A DNA stretch of 64,000 bases, from contig CBDHHL010000056.1 in assembly GCA_965263355.1 (NCBI GenBank), positions 256,001 to 320,000 on the forward strand, in the 5' to 3' direction. The position numbers and the translations under genes were made by a program. Of this stretch, positions 20,377-31,152 are shown piece by piece. The notes beneath the pieces were generated by a model, which was not told where the DNA came from, did no database searches, and worked only from the letters and a program-made list of their open reading frames with translations. Origin of the DNA: Leptolyngbyaceae cyanobacterium (lineage in GTDB: Bacteria > Cyanobacteriota > Cyanobacteriia > Phormidesmidales > Phormidesmidaceae). Each line of letters starts with the position of its first letter. Positions within the stretch are counted from its first letter, which is position 1.

Positions 20377-21420
20377 CTATTCAGCTGCTGTTGGCTTGAG
20401 GTTAGCCAGTTGGGTTTCACCATAAATGTACTGCCCCAAGGCATTTGCCTGCCGCGAAGGCTTAGCCAAATGACCCTTAAGTCTGGCCTCCTTTAATAGA
20501 GGACGCAGATCGTTCCAGAAAAATTCACCGCCACCGCCAGTAACAATGATGTCCGTAGCGCGCTCGGGTAGCCAGCTCAGGAAACGCTGGGATAGCTCAC
20601 GGGCAAAGCTTTTACGTAGACTAGGCAGAATTTCATCGAGATCCGTTGGCCGTGATGCCCCCTTAGGACGATAGAAACGCTCCCCTTCCGCGTTATGAAC
20701 AGCTGCTATTAAGGATAGTGACTGACTATCTGCGCCATCAATTTGGGCTGCCACCCGCTCGTAAAATTGCGCCATGCCAAAGGACTCACTTTGCGAGGCC
20801 CCACGGGCAAACCGGAAGCGATCAATGGCTAGAAAGTCTGTGGTTTGGTGACCAATATCCACAATAGCCACCGATAAATTTGGAAAGTCAGGGCTAGAGG
20901 TACGCTTACTTTGAGCCTCACTCCAGATCAAGCTGCCGTATCCTTCTGGCATGACCCAAACCTTATCAATACTAAGGTCCATGGACTGCCCTCGATAGAT
21001 CATCACATGGGGAGAGGTCAGCAGGCTAATAATTTCTGCCTTTTCACTATCAAACTGCTCCTGGGAGTGAAAAGGCAGACCCAGCACTACACCAATATTG
21101 CCCTTGAGGCCAAAGTAACCCACACAGGCCAGGGTTTTAACCAAAGCATCATCTACCTTTGATTGTCCTACCCCCAAGTCAGCCCCAAAATCAGCTGCCA
21201 AATGACCCACGGCATAGCCCTTGCCCTGATATTCCAGCCACATATCCAGGAGCGGATCGCTTGGCTGCGATTCAAAACCACCTTGTCGAGCCTGCTCCAC
21301 CGTTAGATGGGCAACATTTGAAGGAACCAGCACCACATCACTCTGATTGCGTTTAACACAGGTTTTAGTGGCTGTACGACCTAGGTCAATGCTAAGGAGC
21401 TTCATCTTAGAAGTAGGCAT
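20377..21420 (-). CDS. ParM/StbA-family actin-like ATPase (CorM-like)
   Basis: Actin-fold motifs SIDLGRTATK, VMPEGYGS, IVDIGHQTTD, VTGGGGE and ANALG. Confidence 0.9.
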   Translation of the reverse strand: MPTSKMKLLSIDLGRTATKTCVKRNQSDVVLVPSNVAHLTVEQARQGGFESQPSDPLLDMWLEYQGKGYAVGHLAADFGADLGVGQSKVDDALVKTLACVGYFGLKGNIGVVLGLPFHSQEQFDSEKAEIISLLTSPHVMIYRGQSMDLSIDKVWVMPEGYGSLIWSEAQSKRTSSPDFPNLSVAIVDIGHQTTDFLAIDRFRFARGASQSESFGMAQFYERVAAQIDGADSQSLSLIAAVHNAEGERFYRPKGASRPTDLDEILPSLRKSFARELSQRFLSWLPERATDIIVTGGGGEFFWNDLRPLLKEARLKGHLAKPSRQANALGQYIYGETQLANLKPTAAE

Positions 21421-21825
21421 AACGCAATTTGGACGCTAAAAAAACTTTTGACAACGAATAGTGACTCAAACTGATACTAACTGCGAAGGCCGTGTAAGTA
21501 AAACCTCCGTAGTAACGCCAGCAGCTTAAGTTCTGATACATCATGCCTTACCCCTGGGTTCCTATGGGTCGTCTTCGTGACAAAGCAGTCATTGCAAATA
21601 ATTAAGAATATATCTAAATTCGCTCATTAATTCAATTGTACTATTAAGTTACAAAAAACACTCAATAGCTCACTAACAGTCAGTTTTTGGTAACAAATGA
21701 CCCCTCGAACACAGACTAATTATATGGAGTTTGAAGAAAACCTATGAGTCCATCCATGTTTTAGAAAATAGTGTCTACGCTGGTAGCCAAGACAGGGCCA
21801 CAAATTAGATACTAGGAAACAGGTT

Positions 21826-23244
21826 ATGGCACAAAGTTTTGGAGTAATCGGACTGGCGGTAATGGGGGAAAATCTAGCCCTCAACGTCGAACGCAATGGT
21901 TTTCCGATTTCTGTTTACAATCGATCACGGGAAAAGACTGATGCCTTTATGGCGAATCGAGCCGGCGATAAAAATGTCGTGGCTACCTATTCTTTAGAGG
22001 AGTTTGTCGCTTCCCTAGAACGTCCTCGCCGGATTTTGCTTATGGTCAAAGCAGGCAAGCCCGTAGATGCCGTCATTGACCAGCTAATGCCCCTGCTTGA
22101 TCCCGAAGACATGATCATCGACGGTGGTAACTCCCTATATGAAGATACCGAACGTCGTGTGAAGACCCTAGAAGGCGCTGGCTTCCGCTTTATCGGTATG
22201 GGAGTAAGCGGCGGTGAGGAAGGTGCCCTAAATGGCCCTAGCTTGATGCCCGGTGGTACCCGTGCTGCCTATGAGTCCATCGAGCCCATTGTGCGCAAAA
22301 TTGCGGCCCAAGTTGATGATGGTCCCTGTGTGACTTACATTGGTCCTGGTGGTGCCGGACACTACGTCAAAATGGTACACAACGGCATCGAGTATGGCGA
22401 TATGCAGCTCATTGCTGAAGCCTATGACCTGATGAAAAATGTCTTGGGTCTGGGACATCAGCAGCTCCATGAGATCTTTTCTCAGTGGAATACCACTGAG
22501 GAATTGGATTCCTTCCTGATTGAGATTACGGCTGATATTTTTACAAAAACTGAAGGTGATACGGCCCTAGTAGAAAAAATCTTAGATGCCGCCGGTCAAA
22601 AAGGTACGGGTCGCTGGACGGTGATGAATGCCTTGGAAATGGGCGTAAGTATTCCCACTATCACAGCGGCGGTTAATGCTCGGATTATGTCCTCTCTCAA
22701 GGATGAGCGGGTGGCGGCGTCTACGCAAATTAGCGGACCCGAGGGCACGATTACTGAGAACACCACCCTTTGGATCAACAAGATTCGAGATGCCCTGTAT
22801 TGCTCCAAAATTTGTTCCTATGCCCAGGGTATGGCGCTGTTGCGTAAGGCCTCAGAAACCTATGGCTATGAGCTAGATCTAGGTGAATGTGCCCGCATTT
22901 GGAAAGGTGGCTGCATTATCCGCGCCCGCTTCCTAAACAAGATTAAGCATGCATTTACTGAGAATCCTGCACTGCCTAATCTGTTGTTGGCCCCTGAGTT
23001 TAAGCAAACCATTCTAGACCGACAGTCTGCCTGGCGCGATGTGGTGGCTATGGCAGCCCATTATGGTGTGCCGGTGCCGGCATTTAGTGCGTCCTTGGAT
23101 TACTTTGATAGCTATCGTCGGGCTCAGCTACCCCAGAACCTCACCCAGGCTCAGCGTGATTACTTCGGTGCTCACACCTATCAGCGTGTGGACAAAGAGG
23201 GTACATTCCACACTGAGTGGGCTAAGGAAACAGCCGCAGTTTAA
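21826..23244 (+). CDS. gnd: 6-phosphogluconate dehydrogenase (NADP, decarboxylating)
   Basis: GVIGLAVMGENLALN, GVSGGEEGALNGPS, KMVHNGIEYGDMQ, QAQRDYFGAHTY. Confidence 0.98.
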   Translation: MAQSFGVIGLAVMGENLALNVERNGFPISVYNRSREKTDAFMANRAGDKNVVATYSLEEFVASLERPRRILLMVKAGKPVDAVIDQLMPLLDPEDMIIDGGNSLYEDTERRVKTLEGAGFRFIGMGVSGGEEGALNGPSLMPGGTRAAYESIEPIVRKIAAQVDDGPCVTYIGPGGAGHYVKMVHNGIEYGDMQLIAEAYDLMKNVLGLGHQQLHEIFSQWNTTEELDSFLIEITADIFTKTEGDTALVEKILDAAGQKGTGRWTVMNALEMGVSIPTITAAVNARIMSSLKDERVAASTQISGPEGTITENTTLWINKIRDALYCSKICSYAQGMALLRKASETYGYELDLGECARIWKGGCIIRARFLNKIKHAFTENPALPNLLLAPEFKQTILDRQSAWRDVVAMAAHYGVPVPAFSASLDYFDSYRRAQLPQNLTQAQRDYFGAHTYQRVDKEGTFHTEWAKETAAV

Positions 23245-23271
23245 GCTGTAACTTTCTCATCTAGTTGTATG

Positions 23272-23344
23272 TAAACTGTGTCCACATTCAGAACTGTAGT
23301 TTTGCCGTATAGAAAACTCTAGGTTTCAACTTGGACATAGTTTA
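23272..23344. mobile_element. 73-bp MITE-like element, copy 3
   Basis: TAAACTGTGTCCA...TGGACATAGTTTA, located between the gnd stop and its terminator. Confidence 0.8.
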
Positions 23345-23824
23345 TGTATTCAAAGGGCTTGCTACCAGAGGGTGGTAAGCCCTTTTTTCCTGACGCAGCT
23401 CGTCTAAGGCTCCATGGTGGGTAGTTGCCGCCATATTTTCCACTAAACCAGCTTTGGCCAGAATAAGAGCCCCCGTGCACACCGACAGTACATGGTCAGT
23501 CTGGGGATAGAGCTGATTGATCCAGGCTAATAGTCTTTCATTGTGCATCTCTTTTCGAGTGCCAAAGGGGGTGCCATCAGCATATTTGCCACCGCCACCA
23601 GGTACCACTAAAATATTGGGCTGGGGACAGGTTTCAAGGGTATAGTCAGGATTCACACTGAGAGAATTTCTCGCAGAAACAGGGGTTGATTCCGCTACGG
23701 TATACACGTTAAATGGGTCTGAGCCATCTCGTTTTCCGGTCACCGAAAAGACTTCAAACGGACCGCAAAAGTCCAAGACTTCTACCTGATCAAATATGAG
23801 AATTGCCACGTTACGTTGTTTCAT
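23342..23824 (-). CDS. DJ-1/PfpI-family protein, apparently 3'-truncated
   Basis: VAILIFDQVEVLDFCGPFEVF, LVVPGG, SVCTGALILAKAG, ATTHH. It lacks the usual final ITSAG-type segment, and its last codons derive from the gnd terminator and the MITE. Confidence 0.8.
   Translation of the reverse strand: MKQRNVAILIFDQVEVLDFCGPFEVFSVTGKRDGSDPFNVYTVAESTPVSARNSLSVNPDYTLETCPQPNILVVPGGGGKYADGTPFGTRKEMHNERLLAWINQLYPQTDHVLSVCTGALILAKAGLVENMAATTHHGALDELRQEKRAYHPLVASPLNT
23352..23388 (+). terminator. Intrinsic terminator of gnd
   Basis: AAAGGGCTT...AAGCCCTTT hairpin running into a T6 tract. Confidence 0.65.
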
Positions 23825-23846
23825 AGGTTTTCCTGGATTAGTAACG

Positions 23847-26195
23847 TTAGATTTTTAACAATACAATTAGGGCTGCAGTAAAGCTACCCATGGCTGTAAA
23901 AAATTGGAGTAGCCGTTGATTTAGTCTGACGATTTTGTCTATCCGTATCAGGGTAACGGCACCATAGGCCGAGATCGCAACCAAGGATGCTAACAAAAAC
24001 CTAAGAATTTTACCTCGGTATAGTTCAACTGCGATCGCAATACTCTGAAGGGTGCCGACCTCAGCAGTGGGTTCGATATCAGGGGTGACTAAGGTTTCCC
24101 AAGTCTCACCCCCATCGGTTGACCGATAAATCTCGGTATTCGCTGTGCCAAAGCCAAAGATTGTCTGATCGTTAGCGTAGTTGGGTGAAAACTTGATGGG
24201 GCGTCCAGCACAGGGCACATTGTACATGCGAGCAAATGCCAAACTGGCATCGCCAATAGGGGTAAAGGTTCTCCCCTTATCCACGCTTTTATAAAGGCCT
24301 TTGCCCCGTAAGCTAACCATAACTGTGCCGTCCTGCCCATAGTTAGGAGAGAGGGCCACACCTTCTAAAAAAGCATGGTCAGCGGCAACGCCTGCGATCT
24401 CAACAGACCGCCAGCTCTCACCTGCATCCGTCGTCTTAAATAAACCACTATAGCTACTGACATACAGGGTTTTGTCCTGAAGATAGTTGGGAGATATCTC
24501 AATATGTAGATTGTCTGCCGTCGCTATTGGCGTCATTTTCGCCGTAGTCGCTGTCCAGGTTTCCCCTGCATCCATAGACCGATAAACCCCAGCTTCTCCT
24601 ACCATGTATAAAGTGCGATCCTCTACAAACCCTGGAGAGATCACCATAGATGGGCTGTCATTACCTCGAGTCCAGGGCACATTAGCCACTGTAGTGAATC
24701 GTCTACCCCCATTGGTAGATCGAAAGAGAACACCCGTCTGGTTGCCAACGTACATGGTTTTATCCGTAGCAAAACTGGGCGATAACAGCAACGTTAGTCC
24801 CCGAGATTCTTGGCTAAGAGAATGGACTGACCAAGACTTAGCCCCATTGGTAGACCGCAAGAACTTGGTCCACAACCCGGTAGTAAATAATGTCTTATCC
24901 TGAGCGTAGTTAGGAGAGAAAATAATATCAAAAAAACGACGTGGATCTTGATAGGACGGCTTAAAACTACCCTTTAACCGAGGCACTTCCACCGTCAATT
25001 CCCAGGTTTTACCCCGATCATGGCTTGTCATAATTTTGCCAACGTAGGTCGTCAGGGCCAGGGTGCCATCTTCAGCGTAGTTAGGTGACACATCCATCGC
25101 CACCACGATACCTCGATTCAGGGTATTGATCTCTCTCCAGCGTTGTCCTCCATGGGTTGATTTATAAAGACCGTTGAAGCCTCCTAAAAATATGGTGTGG
25201 TCAACCAAAAAGTTCTCCGACACAGCCAGCTTAGAAAAGTGAGGGACATCTAATTCATCAGCTTGCCGATCTTTTACCAGCCCCTGGGGGTAATCTGTCC
25301 AGGTTTCACCACTATCCAATGACATTGAAATACCTGAATCCCAGCTAGAGATAATTACTCCTCTAGAATTACCCGGTAAGATTTTCACATCCTGAATGCG
25401 CAGGTCCTCTAAACCTTTGTTAACGTCAAACACTTCTAGGGTCTTAGGGTCTATGCGAAACAATCCCTTGGAAGCTGTACAGACATAAAGAACAGTACCA
25501 TTGGTAACAATGGTTTGAATTGGGTCATCCGCTATTGATAGGAGTGATTGCCAGCGTTGTCCCTGGTCGTTTGAACGCAACAGATGCCCCGTTTCATCCC
25601 CAGCCCATATGGTTCCTTGAGTTTCGCTGATGGCTAAAAATCTCTGACTATCATCAACAACGGACACCCAGGTTTTCCCCCTATCAACACTTTGGAATAA
25701 TCCCCCCGTTTCCCCGGCAGCTAACATAACCTGAGGGTCGCTGGGCAGACTATATACCAGGCTAATGTCCAAGGTGTCCAGGCCTTGATTGGCGCGTTGC
25801 CAACTCTCTCCAGCATCGTTTGATAGAAAAATACCATCCCCACGGGTACCTATAGCCATTAATGTTCCTTTTGCCTGGTCAATGGTCAGGGTAGAGAATG
25901 GGGTGAGGGTATCTAGTCCCTGAACAATTCGTTTCCAGTGATTGCCTTGATCAACTGACTTAAGCAAATTGCCCCGTACCAGAGCATAGACTGTTTGATC
26001 GTTTCTGTAATTAGGCGAAAGTGTAACCTGGGTAACTACGTCGTGGGGCCGATGGGCATACACTGCTTGAAGAGACCAGGTAATTGTTAGGAACAAACTT
26101 AGAACCACCCAGCCTAGCTGATGTTTGACTATATTGAGAATGCCTGTCTTTAATCTGGGCAGGTCAGCCTTAAGGTGGTGTTTGGGGACGTACAT
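23847..26195 (-). CDS. BNR/Asp-box (YCF48/sortilin-like) beta-propeller membrane protein
   Basis: Many S.D.G.TW Asp-boxes and SPNY..D.T repeats, an N-terminal signal and two C-terminal TM helices. Confidence 0.85.
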   Translation of the reverse strand: MYVPKHHLKADLPRLKTGILNIVKHQLGWVVLSLFLTITWSLQAVYAHRPHDVVTQVTLSPNYRNDQTVYALVRGNLLKSVDQGNHWKRIVQGLDTLTPFSTLTIDQAKGTLMAIGTRGDGIFLSNDAGESWQRANQGLDTLDISLVYSLPSDPQVMLAAGETGGLFQSVDRGKTWVSVVDDSQRFLAISETQGTIWAGDETGHLLRSNDQGQRWQSLLSIADDPIQTIVTNGTVLYVCTASKGLFRIDPKTLEVFDVNKGLEDLRIQDVKILPGNSRGVIISSWDSGISMSLDSGETWTDYPQGLVKDRQADELDVPHFSKLAVSENFLVDHTIFLGGFNGLYKSTHGGQRWREINTLNRGIVVAMDVSPNYAEDGTLALTTYVGKIMTSHDRGKTWELTVEVPRLKGSFKPSYQDPRRFFDIIFSPNYAQDKTLFTTGLWTKFLRSTNGAKSWSVHSLSQESRGLTLLLSPSFATDKTMYVGNQTGVLFRSTNGGRRFTTVANVPWTRGNDSPSMVISPGFVEDRTLYMVGEAGVYRSMDAGETWTATTAKMTPIATADNLHIEISPNYLQDKTLYVSSYSGLFKTTDAGESWRSVEIAGVAADHAFLEGVALSPNYGQDGTVMVSLRGKGLYKSVDKGRTFTPIGDASLAFARMYNVPCAGRPIKFSPNYANDQTIFGFGTANTEIYRSTDGGETWETLVTPDIEPTAEVGTLQSIAIAVELYRGKILRFLLASLVAISAYGAVTLIRIDKIVRLNQRLLQFFTAMGSFTAALIVLLKI

Positions 26196-26228
26196 TGATA
26201 CTGGTGAAAATTAATCGGATAGCAGATA

Positions 26229-26301
26229 TAAACCTTGTCCACGTCCAGAACGGTCGTTTTTCCGGTGAAGAATCTACAGGTTTCAACCTGGACGTGATTT
26301 A
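26229..26301. mobile_element. 73-bp MITE-like element, copy 4
   Basis: TAAACCTTGTCCA...TGGACGTGATTTA. Confidence 0.8.
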
Positions 26302-26626
26302 GAATGCCTTTAGAAAATGTTGTTGTTAGCCAAGCGCTTGGGAAGATGGAGTTACCTGATTCCTCAACAGCTTAGACGAAAAATAAACGGTGATTATGAG
26401 TACCCATTAAAGATATGGGCTTAATATGTCCAGGTATTCATCAAAAATATTTCATTCGTACTCAACGGCATCCATACTCAAACCTATGCTAAAACTAAAG
26501 CGCTAGGTACCGTTAGGTGCTGCATTGAGGGGCTGTTTTCGGCATTGAGGGGCTGTTTTCGCATCCATACTCAAACAGACTCCATTTATCACCCAAATAC
26601 AAACTCATCAAGGACAAGGAAGACCA

Positions 26627-27400
26627 ATGGGGTTATTTGATCGCGTTAGCCGACTTATCCGCGCCAATGTTAACGATGCCGTAAGTAAGGCCGAAGATCC
26701 TGAGAAGATTCTTGAGCAAAGCATCATGGATATGCAAGAGGATCTGGTGCAAATGCGTCAGGCCGTGGCGGGTGCGATCGCAAGTAAAAAGCGTGTAGAG
26801 CAGCAGCAAGAAAAAGCCCAATCTGAGGCTAACGTATGGACCCAGCGGGCTCAGCTAGCGTTACAAAAGGGTGATGAAAATCTGGCTCGTGAGGCCCTGG
26901 TCCGCAAAAAGAGCCATGCGGAAACAGCTGCTGCTCTAAAGACCCAGCTTGAGCAGCAGACCGCGTCAGTGGATACCCTGAAACGCAATTTGATTGGTCT
27001 AGAAAGCAAAATTTCTGAGTATAAGACCAAGAAAAATATGCTCAAGGCCCGTGCCAGTGCGGCCAAAGCCAATGAAAAGCTCCAAAAAACCGTGGGCAAC
27101 CTCAGCACCAATAGTTCCGTAGGTGCCTTTGAGCGCATGGAAGAAAAAATTATTGAACTGGAGGCCCGTGGTCAGGCTGCGGCAGAACTAGCCGGTGCCG
27201 ATCTGGAAAGTCAGTTTGCTAGCCTCGAAGCAGGCAGTGATGTCGACTCAGAACTAGCCGCCATGAAAGCCCAGCTAACGGGTGGTTCCGTTAACCAGGA
27301 AGCCTTGCCCCCCGCTGATGCCCAACCCGTAGACGCGCCAGTTGATCAGGCCGTAGATGCTGAATTAGAAGCCTTAAAGCAGGAATTAGATAACTTGTAG
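26627..27400 (+). CDS. vipp1: PspA/IM30-family protein, Vipp1-type with C-terminal extra helix
   Basis: MGLFDRVSRLIRANVND...AEDPEKILEQ, AFERMEEK, LESQFASLE, and C-terminal VDAELEALKQELDNL. Confidence 0.88.
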   Translation: MGLFDRVSRLIRANVNDAVSKAEDPEKILEQSIMDMQEDLVQMRQAVAGAIASKKRVEQQQEKAQSEANVWTQRAQLALQKGDENLAREALVRKKSHAETAAALKTQLEQQTASVDTLKRNLIGLESKISEYKTKKNMLKARASAAKANEKLQKTVGNLSTNSSVGAFERMEEKIIELEARGQAAAELAGADLESQFASLEAGSDVDSELAAMKAQLTGGSVNQEALPPADAQPVDAPVDQAVDAELEALKQELDNL

Positions 27401-27530
27401 AGTGAGCATTGCCCACCGGGTAATGGGCAATAGTGAGCAATGACTATCAAGTAATGGGTTTAAGATAAGCATTAGGCAACGTTAAAGGTTTGAGGTATCG
27501 ACAGCCTTAAAACAATATCCCCACTGCCTA

Positions 27531-28718
27531 ATGCCCATTGCCTTTTTACCCATGCAATTTGCCGCTCGCCTTGCGCCACTCCAAGCCAATGTCTTTGCCG
27601 ATATGGATCGCGCTAAAGGTCGGGCGTGGGCAGCGGGCAAGTCCATCATAGATTTATCGTTAGGGTCTTCAGATCAACCAACGCCAAAGCATGTATTGGA
27701 TGCGATCGCAACAGCAGTTCATGATCCATCCACCCATGGTTACAACTTATTTGAAAGTACCCGCGCGTTTCGTCAGGCTGCGGCCCGGTGGTACACCCAT
27801 AAGTTTGGCATTGCAGTAGATCCAGAAACGGAAGTGCTGCAACTCATTGGCTCCCAGGAAGGGACTGCCCATCTGCCCCTGGCACTCTTGAATCCGGGGG
27901 ATTTTGCATTGCTGACAGACCCTTGCTATCCCTCCCATGCGGGCGGCATTCACCTGGCCAACGGGCAAATTTACCCCATGCCGTTATTAGCAGAGCATGG
28001 GTTTTTACCAGTATTCAAAGATATTCCAGCAGCAGTATTGGCCCAAGCGCGGTTAATGGTGCTCAGTTATCCCCACAATCCCACAACGGCTACCGCAACG
28101 CCTGAGTTTTTTGCCGAGGCCGTGACCTTTTGCCAAGCCCATGGCCTGGTGCTGGCCCATGATTTTCCCTACGCCGACCATTGCTTTAATGGGCAGCCGG
28201 CTCCGTCAGTGCTGCAGATAGATTGCGACAAGATCTGCTCCATCGAGTTTTTTAGCTTTTCTAAAGCCTATAATATGGGTGGATTTCGCATTGCCTACGC
28301 CATTGGTAACCCTGAACTGATTTTGGCCCTGCGCCAGGTCAAGGCAACAGTTGATTTTAATCAGTATCAAGGAATTTTGCAGGGTGCGATCGCGGCCCTT
28401 GAAGGCCCTCAGGACTGTGTTTACGCTACGGTCAATACGTTTAAAGCTCGTCGGGATGCTATGGTGAGTGCGCTAAATCACCATGGTTGGGCTGTTACTA
28501 GCCCTGAGGCCACTATGTATCTGTGGGCAAAATTGCCTGAGCAGTTTAGTGATTCTATAGATTTTTGCGTACGTTTAGTAGAATCCACTGGTGTAGCTCT
28601 GGCACCGGGCAGAGGGTTTGGCAAGTCCGGCGAAGGCTATGTTCGCTTTGCCCTGGTGCATCCCCCCGAAGTTTTAGAACAGGTGGCCCAACAGATTGTT
28701 GAGTTTATGGATACGTAA
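27531..28718 (+). CDS. PLP-dependent class I/II aminotransferase (LL-DAP aminotransferase-like)
   Basis: LIGSQEG, SYPHNPT, HDFPY, SFSKAYNMGGFRI, PGRGFG..GEGYVRFAL. Confidence 0.9.
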   Translation: MPIAFLPMQFAARLAPLQANVFADMDRAKGRAWAAGKSIIDLSLGSSDQPTPKHVLDAIATAVHDPSTHGYNLFESTRAFRQAAARWYTHKFGIAVDPETEVLQLIGSQEGTAHLPLALLNPGDFALLTDPCYPSHAGGIHLANGQIYPMPLLAEHGFLPVFKDIPAAVLAQARLMVLSYPHNPTTATATPEFFAEAVTFCQAHGLVLAHDFPYADHCFNGQPAPSVLQIDCDKICSIEFFSFSKAYNMGGFRIAYAIGNPELILALRQVKATVDFNQYQGILQGAIAALEGPQDCVYATVNTFKARRDAMVSALNHHGWAVTSPEATMYLWAKLPEQFSDSIDFCVRLVESTGVALAPGRGFGKSGEGYVRFALVHPPEVLEQVAQQIVEFMDT

Positions 28719-29019
28719 AGATCAATCCAACTTATAGAAAGTTTATTGAAGGGTGAGAGCAATTGAGATTACCTATCTCAATTATCTGAAACGTTTTTGC
28801 TCATAAGGTCTACACTCGCCAACCATTTTTACTATGCCTATGGGTATGGTTTATACGAAGAAAAATAGATTTCCAGTATTTATACGTACATGCTCAGAAC
28901 TTCACGATTCATAGTATGCTTGCCTATTAATGTGTTGGTTAAAGTAATTAAAAGTTATTTTTATTGGAGTAATGATGTCAATGATACGTCTATCCGTAAC
29001 TGTTAAGTAGCCTATTATT

Positions 29020-29520
29020 GTGCTGCAGCTATCTATGAATTTTTCAGAAGGGCAACGCCGCATCATCCTAATCGAAGACGATTACGGTAATCGTGTGTTG
29101 TTTGCAGACTTTTTAGAACACTGCGGCTATCGGGTATTGCCCCTAGCTGATGGGCATAACTGCATTGAGATGATGCAAGAGTTTATGCCTCATCTGGTAT
29201 TGCTAGATATTAAACTGCCCCATGTCGATGGTCTCACCCTAATCCAGACAATTCGGCAGCATCCTCAGTTTTGTACCATCCCTATTTTAGTGGTCAGCGG
29301 CTATGCATTTCAGGCAGATCGGAGGAAAGCGATAGCGGCTGGGGCGACTGACTATATGGTTAAACCGATTTTGCCTGCCACCCTAAACAGTAAAATTCTC
29401 TCGCTATTACAACTACCGCCCACAGCTATTTCTCAAGGAAATATTTCTGAAGAAAGTAGCTCTCAAGAGAGTTTTTATCAAGACTCAGACCCCGACTCAC
29501 CGTCAGAGTTTTGGCGCTGA
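29020..29520 (+). CDS. Single-domain response regulator (DivK/CheY-like)
   Basis: ILIEDD, LVLLDIKLPHVDG, VVSGYA, YMVKP. Confidence 0.88.
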   Translation: MLQLSMNFSEGQRRIILIEDDYGNRVLFADFLEHCGYRVLPLADGHNCIEMMQEFMPHLVLLDIKLPHVDGLTLIQTIRQHPQFCTIPILVVSGYAFQADRRKAIAAGATDYMVKPILPATLNSKILSLLQLPPTAISQGNISEESSSQESFYQDSDPDSPSEFWR

Positions 29521-29684
29521 GCATTGATAAATTGCTCCGTCGCTTGATTTAGGTTTTTCAGCGAGACATTAATCTCTTCTACCGTTTCATTCAAGTTAGA
29601 TGAGAGTAGTGTTAACCGCTGGAGCTGATTAAGCGCATCGCCCATCGCTTCACGATAATATTGTTCAAATTCCTCTAGAGACAT
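29478..29684 (-). CDS. Small coiled-coil hypothetical protein
   Basis: MSLEEFEQYYREAMGDALNQLQ... with heptad pattern. Convergent 3' overlap with the response regulator. Confidence 0.55.
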   Translation of the reverse strand: MSLEEFEQYYREAMGDALNQLQRLTLLSSNLNETVEEINVSLKNLNQATEQFINAQRQNSDGESGSES

Positions 29685-29863
29685 GGTGTTTACGCGTTGA
29701 CATGGCTCTAGTGTCTGCTAATTTTGAATTTAATTGGGCAAGAATTGCGAAAATATCCGTAAAATTCATGTGGTGTTTGATACGTAAGACGTCAGCTTTA
29801 TACGGACAACCCATCTGCGCAAAATGTCTTAGCCCGTTAAGACAATTCACTACCCACCGTTCA

Positions 29864-31039
29864 CTACTCACCGTCTTTTGCAGAATTCTGAACCCGGCAC
29901 GACATTAAATTATACAAAGTATCTCGTTGTTGACCAGGGCGATTTAGGGTAGCGATCGCCCCCTTCAAATCCTCCACCGACTGGCAAGTGCCTCCCTGAG
30001 CACCAGCCATAGACGTAATGTGTTCTTCCATCAGGGTGCCGCCAATATCGTTGCACCCCCAGCGTAAAGCTTCAGTAGCACTGTCCAGACCCAGTTTTAC
30101 CCAGCTGGGCTGATGATTTTTGATCCAACGTCCCAGGTAGATGCGGGCAACTGCGGTAAGCAATAGGGCATCGGTGACGATGGGCTGGTCTCGGCCCACC
30201 CGCTTACGCAGAGGAGCAGGGGCATCCTGACCGACAAAAGGGAGCAATATAAATTCAGTAATGCCCGTAGTCCCCCGAGATAAAGACCGTTGCTGCAGCT
30301 GCCGTAACTGTTCTAAATGGCCAATTTGCTGCTCAATGGTTTCAATGTGGCCGGACAGTAGGGTACTTGTGGTGGGCATACCTACCTGATGGGCCTGGGC
30401 TACGATCTCCAACCAGGTAGCTGTGTTAATTTTTTCAGGACAGAGGATGCGTCGCACCCGATCATCAAGGACCTCAGCAGCTGTGCCTGGTAGCGAGCCC
30501 ACACCTGCCTGGGCTAATTCTCGAATCACCGTGGTAAAGTCTAGACCATCTTCACGGGCAATAAACTGGACTTCCTGGGGAGAAAAGGCATGGATGTGGA
30601 GGGCAGGGAATTGGGCTTTTATGGTGATGACGAGTTGTTGATAATAGTCCAGGGAACGGCCTTTGATTTTAGCCGTAGGATTAAGCCCTCCCTGCATACA
30701 AATTTCCGTCGCGCCTGCCTCTATAGCAGCGGTTGCTTTTTCTAGAATGGTTTCCCAGTTTAGCCAATAGGCCCCTGATTGCCCCTGATCTCGACGAAAC
30801 GCACAAAAGCTACAGTGCTGTTCGCAAATGTTGGTGTAATTTATATTGCGATTGACAATGTAAGTGACGGTGTTCCCTACCTGTTGCTGCCGTAGTTGGT
30901 CGGCTGCGATGCGAATATTTTCTACGGTCTCAGCTGTCGTTTGGCTTAACAGGGTAATCCCCTCGTCTGGGGAAATATCCTGACCTTCCAAGGCGCGATC
31001 TAGAATGTTAGCTATGGTTGAGGTTACTGGAAGGGGCAT
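29864..31039 (-). CDS. cofH: FO synthase subunit CofH (radical SAM)
   Basis: [19 protein letters not shown] (CxxxCxxC), [38 protein letters not shown]. Confidence 0.92.
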   Translation of the reverse strand: MPLPVTSTIANILDRALEGQDISPDEGITLLSQTTAETVENIRIAADQLRQQQVGNTVTYIVNRNINYTNICEQHCSFCAFRRDQGQSGAYWLNWETILEKATAAIEAGATEICMQGGLNPTAKIKGRSLDYYQQLVITIKAQFPALHIHAFSPQEVQFIAREDGLDFTTVIRELAQAGVGSLPGTAAEVLDDRVRRILCPEKINTATWLEIVAQAHQVGMPTTSTLLSGHIETIEQQIGHLEQLRQLQQRSLSRGTTGITEFILLPFVGQDAPAPLRKRVGRDQPIVTDALLLTAVARIYLGRWIKNHQPSWVKLGLDSATEALRWGCNDIGGTLMEEHITSMAGAQGGTCQSVEDLKGAIATLNRPGQQRDTLYNLMSCRVQNSAKDGE

Positions 31040-31152
31040 TACAAGCGCTGCAATATAAATTCGAAAGGGTAGCGGGAAGTTAATTCCTCAAGGGACCGTC
31101 AATTATGATGGCTGTTTGATTCTATACAAAGTGATCTTATTCCGAAATCATT

